NCBI RefSeq assembly: GCF_000039765.1
Contig: NC_004459.3
Coordinates: 300,001 to 332,000, forward strand
Source of the DNA: Vibrio vulnificus CMCP6
GTDB lineage: Bacteria; Pseudomonadota; Gammaproteobacteria; Enterobacterales; Vibrionaceae
DNA: 32,000 bases
Direction: 5' to 3'
A model generated the notes under the pieces. The model was not told where the DNA came from. It worked only from the letters and a program-made list of their open reading frames with translations, and did no database searches. Numbering within the stretch: position 1 is the stretch's first letter; each line of letters opens with the position of its first letter. Shown piece by piece: positions 31,086 through 32,000 of this stretch. A program made the translations under genes and the position numbers.

Positions 31086-31631
31086 CTACTTTTCTTCCTC
31101 GTCCACATCTTCATGATCACTTTGAGTCTGCTGCTCCTTCTTCAACGCCTTGATCTCTTTTCGACGGCGCTTAAAAAAGGCCTGTAACTGCTCACGACAT
31201 TCCAACTCTAACAATCCTTTTTCGATGGTTGCGTAGTGATATGCCGCTTGACTAGAAAACAGATCGAGTACCGTCCCTGCCGCCCCCGCTTTCAAATCAG
31301 GAGCACCAAAGACAATGCGTTTCACACGGCTATGCAGCAGTGCGCCCGCACACATTGGGCAAGGCTCTAAGGTGACGTACAACGTGGTGTCAAGCAGACG
31401 ATAGTTACCCAGACTCTGCCCAGCTTGGCGTAAGGTCTGTATTTCTGCATGGGCCGTTGCATCATGTTGACCAATCGATTGATTCCACCCTTCAGCAATC
31501 ACTTCGCCATCTTTGACCAGTACCGCGCCAACAGGCACTTCCCCTTCACTTTCAGCAATCGCGGCAAGCTCAATCGCTCTGCGCATAAAAACTTCATCTT
31601 GAAGTGAAAAGGGTTGATGTGTCTCTGCCAT
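31086..31631 (-). CDS. tadA: tRNA-specific adenosine deaminase
   Basis: 181 aa; HAEIQTLRQAG and TLEPCPMCAGALLHSRVKRIVFGA zinc deaminase motifs. Confidence 0.95.
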   Translation of the reverse strand: MAETHQPFSLQDEVFMRRAIELAAIAESEGEVPVGAVLVKDGEVIAEGWNQSIGQHDATAHAEIQTLRQAGQSLGNYRLLDTTLYVTLEPCPMCAGALLHSRVKRIVFGAPDLKAGAAGTVLDLFSSQAAYHYATIEKGLLELECREQLQAFFKRRRKEIKALKKEQQTQSDHEDVDEEEK

Positions 31632-31667
31632 GTTTACCTCTATCGTCTGGGTTGGGGATTATAGCGG

Positions 31668-32000
31668 TTATGCGGCTGCAGATAAATGTTGTGCCAGATG
31701 ATCCACCAGCAAACGAACTTTCGGCGATAAATGTCGATTGTGTGGATACAGCGCCCAAACCCCTTCACGATCATCACGAAAATGCGCCAGTACTTCGATA
31801 AGTCGCCCTGCGTGCAAGTGCTCATCAACGTAGTAATCCGGTAACTGAACCAAACCAATCCCTTTCAGAGCGGCATCCAATAGCACAACACCACTAGAGC
31901 AACGAATACGCCCATTCACTTTAATGGAACGACCTTGATGATTCTCTTTGAAACGCCAATGATCGTGGGTACCGATCAGGCAGTTGTGTGACGACAAATC
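31668..32000 (-). CDS. LysR-family transcriptional regulator, C-terminal part of the effector domain (5' end outside the window)
   Basis: GRIRCSSGVVLLDAALKGIGLVQLPDYYVDEHLHAGRLIEVLAHFRDDREGVWALYPHNRHLSPKVRLLVDHLAQHL, typical LysR_substrate C-terminus. Confidence 0.88.
   Translation of the reverse strand, partial: DLSSHNCLIGTHDHWRFKENHQGRSIKVNGRIRCSSGVVLLDAALKGIGLVQLPDYYVDEHLHAGRLIEVLAHFRDDREGVWALYPHNRHLSPKVRLLVDHLAQHLSAAA

Noticed and set aside
1-32000. CRISPR array, IS element, prophage, toxin-antitoxin or defence cluster.
   Set aside because: No regularly spaced repeats, terminal inverted repeats, transposase/integrase or recognisable defence genes; gene order is that of conserved housekeeping chromosome.

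Overview
This window looks like ordinary Vibrio-type chromosome, with proteins most like the V. vulnificus group. That assignment comes from recognising protein families; no search was run. Genes in order: thiI (3' part in window), pomB-pomA, then xseB-ispA-dxs (+), facing a minus-strand block of ribD-ribE-ribBA(X)-ribH-nusB-thiL-pgpA. These are followed by nrdR, proB-proA, crl, frsA, gpt, an NCS2 purine permease, pepD, a DUF3332-like lipoprotein, a succinylglutamate desuccinylase/aspartoacylase-family protein, a small exported protein, a DUF3622-like protein, purL, mltF, tadA and a partial LysR regulator. I found no mobile element, CRISPR array, phage gene or defence island. The most noteworthy observations are: (1) a 1-nt net deletion that splits proB at an AAAAAG tract; (2) a possible unannotated 29-aa aromatic-rich small gene at 19734-19823(-), with its own candidate promoter, SD and strong terminator; (3) a possible unannotated 45-aa very basic protein (16 K/R, no D/E) at 30898-31035(+), with a perfect AGGAGG SD, downstream of about 240 nt of potentially structured RNA; (4) a RibBA whose GTP-cyclohydrolase-II half has lost the zinc/catalytic motif; and (5) PurR-box-like operators upstream of purL and of the NCS2 permease. 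I see no convincing multi-gene novel system.
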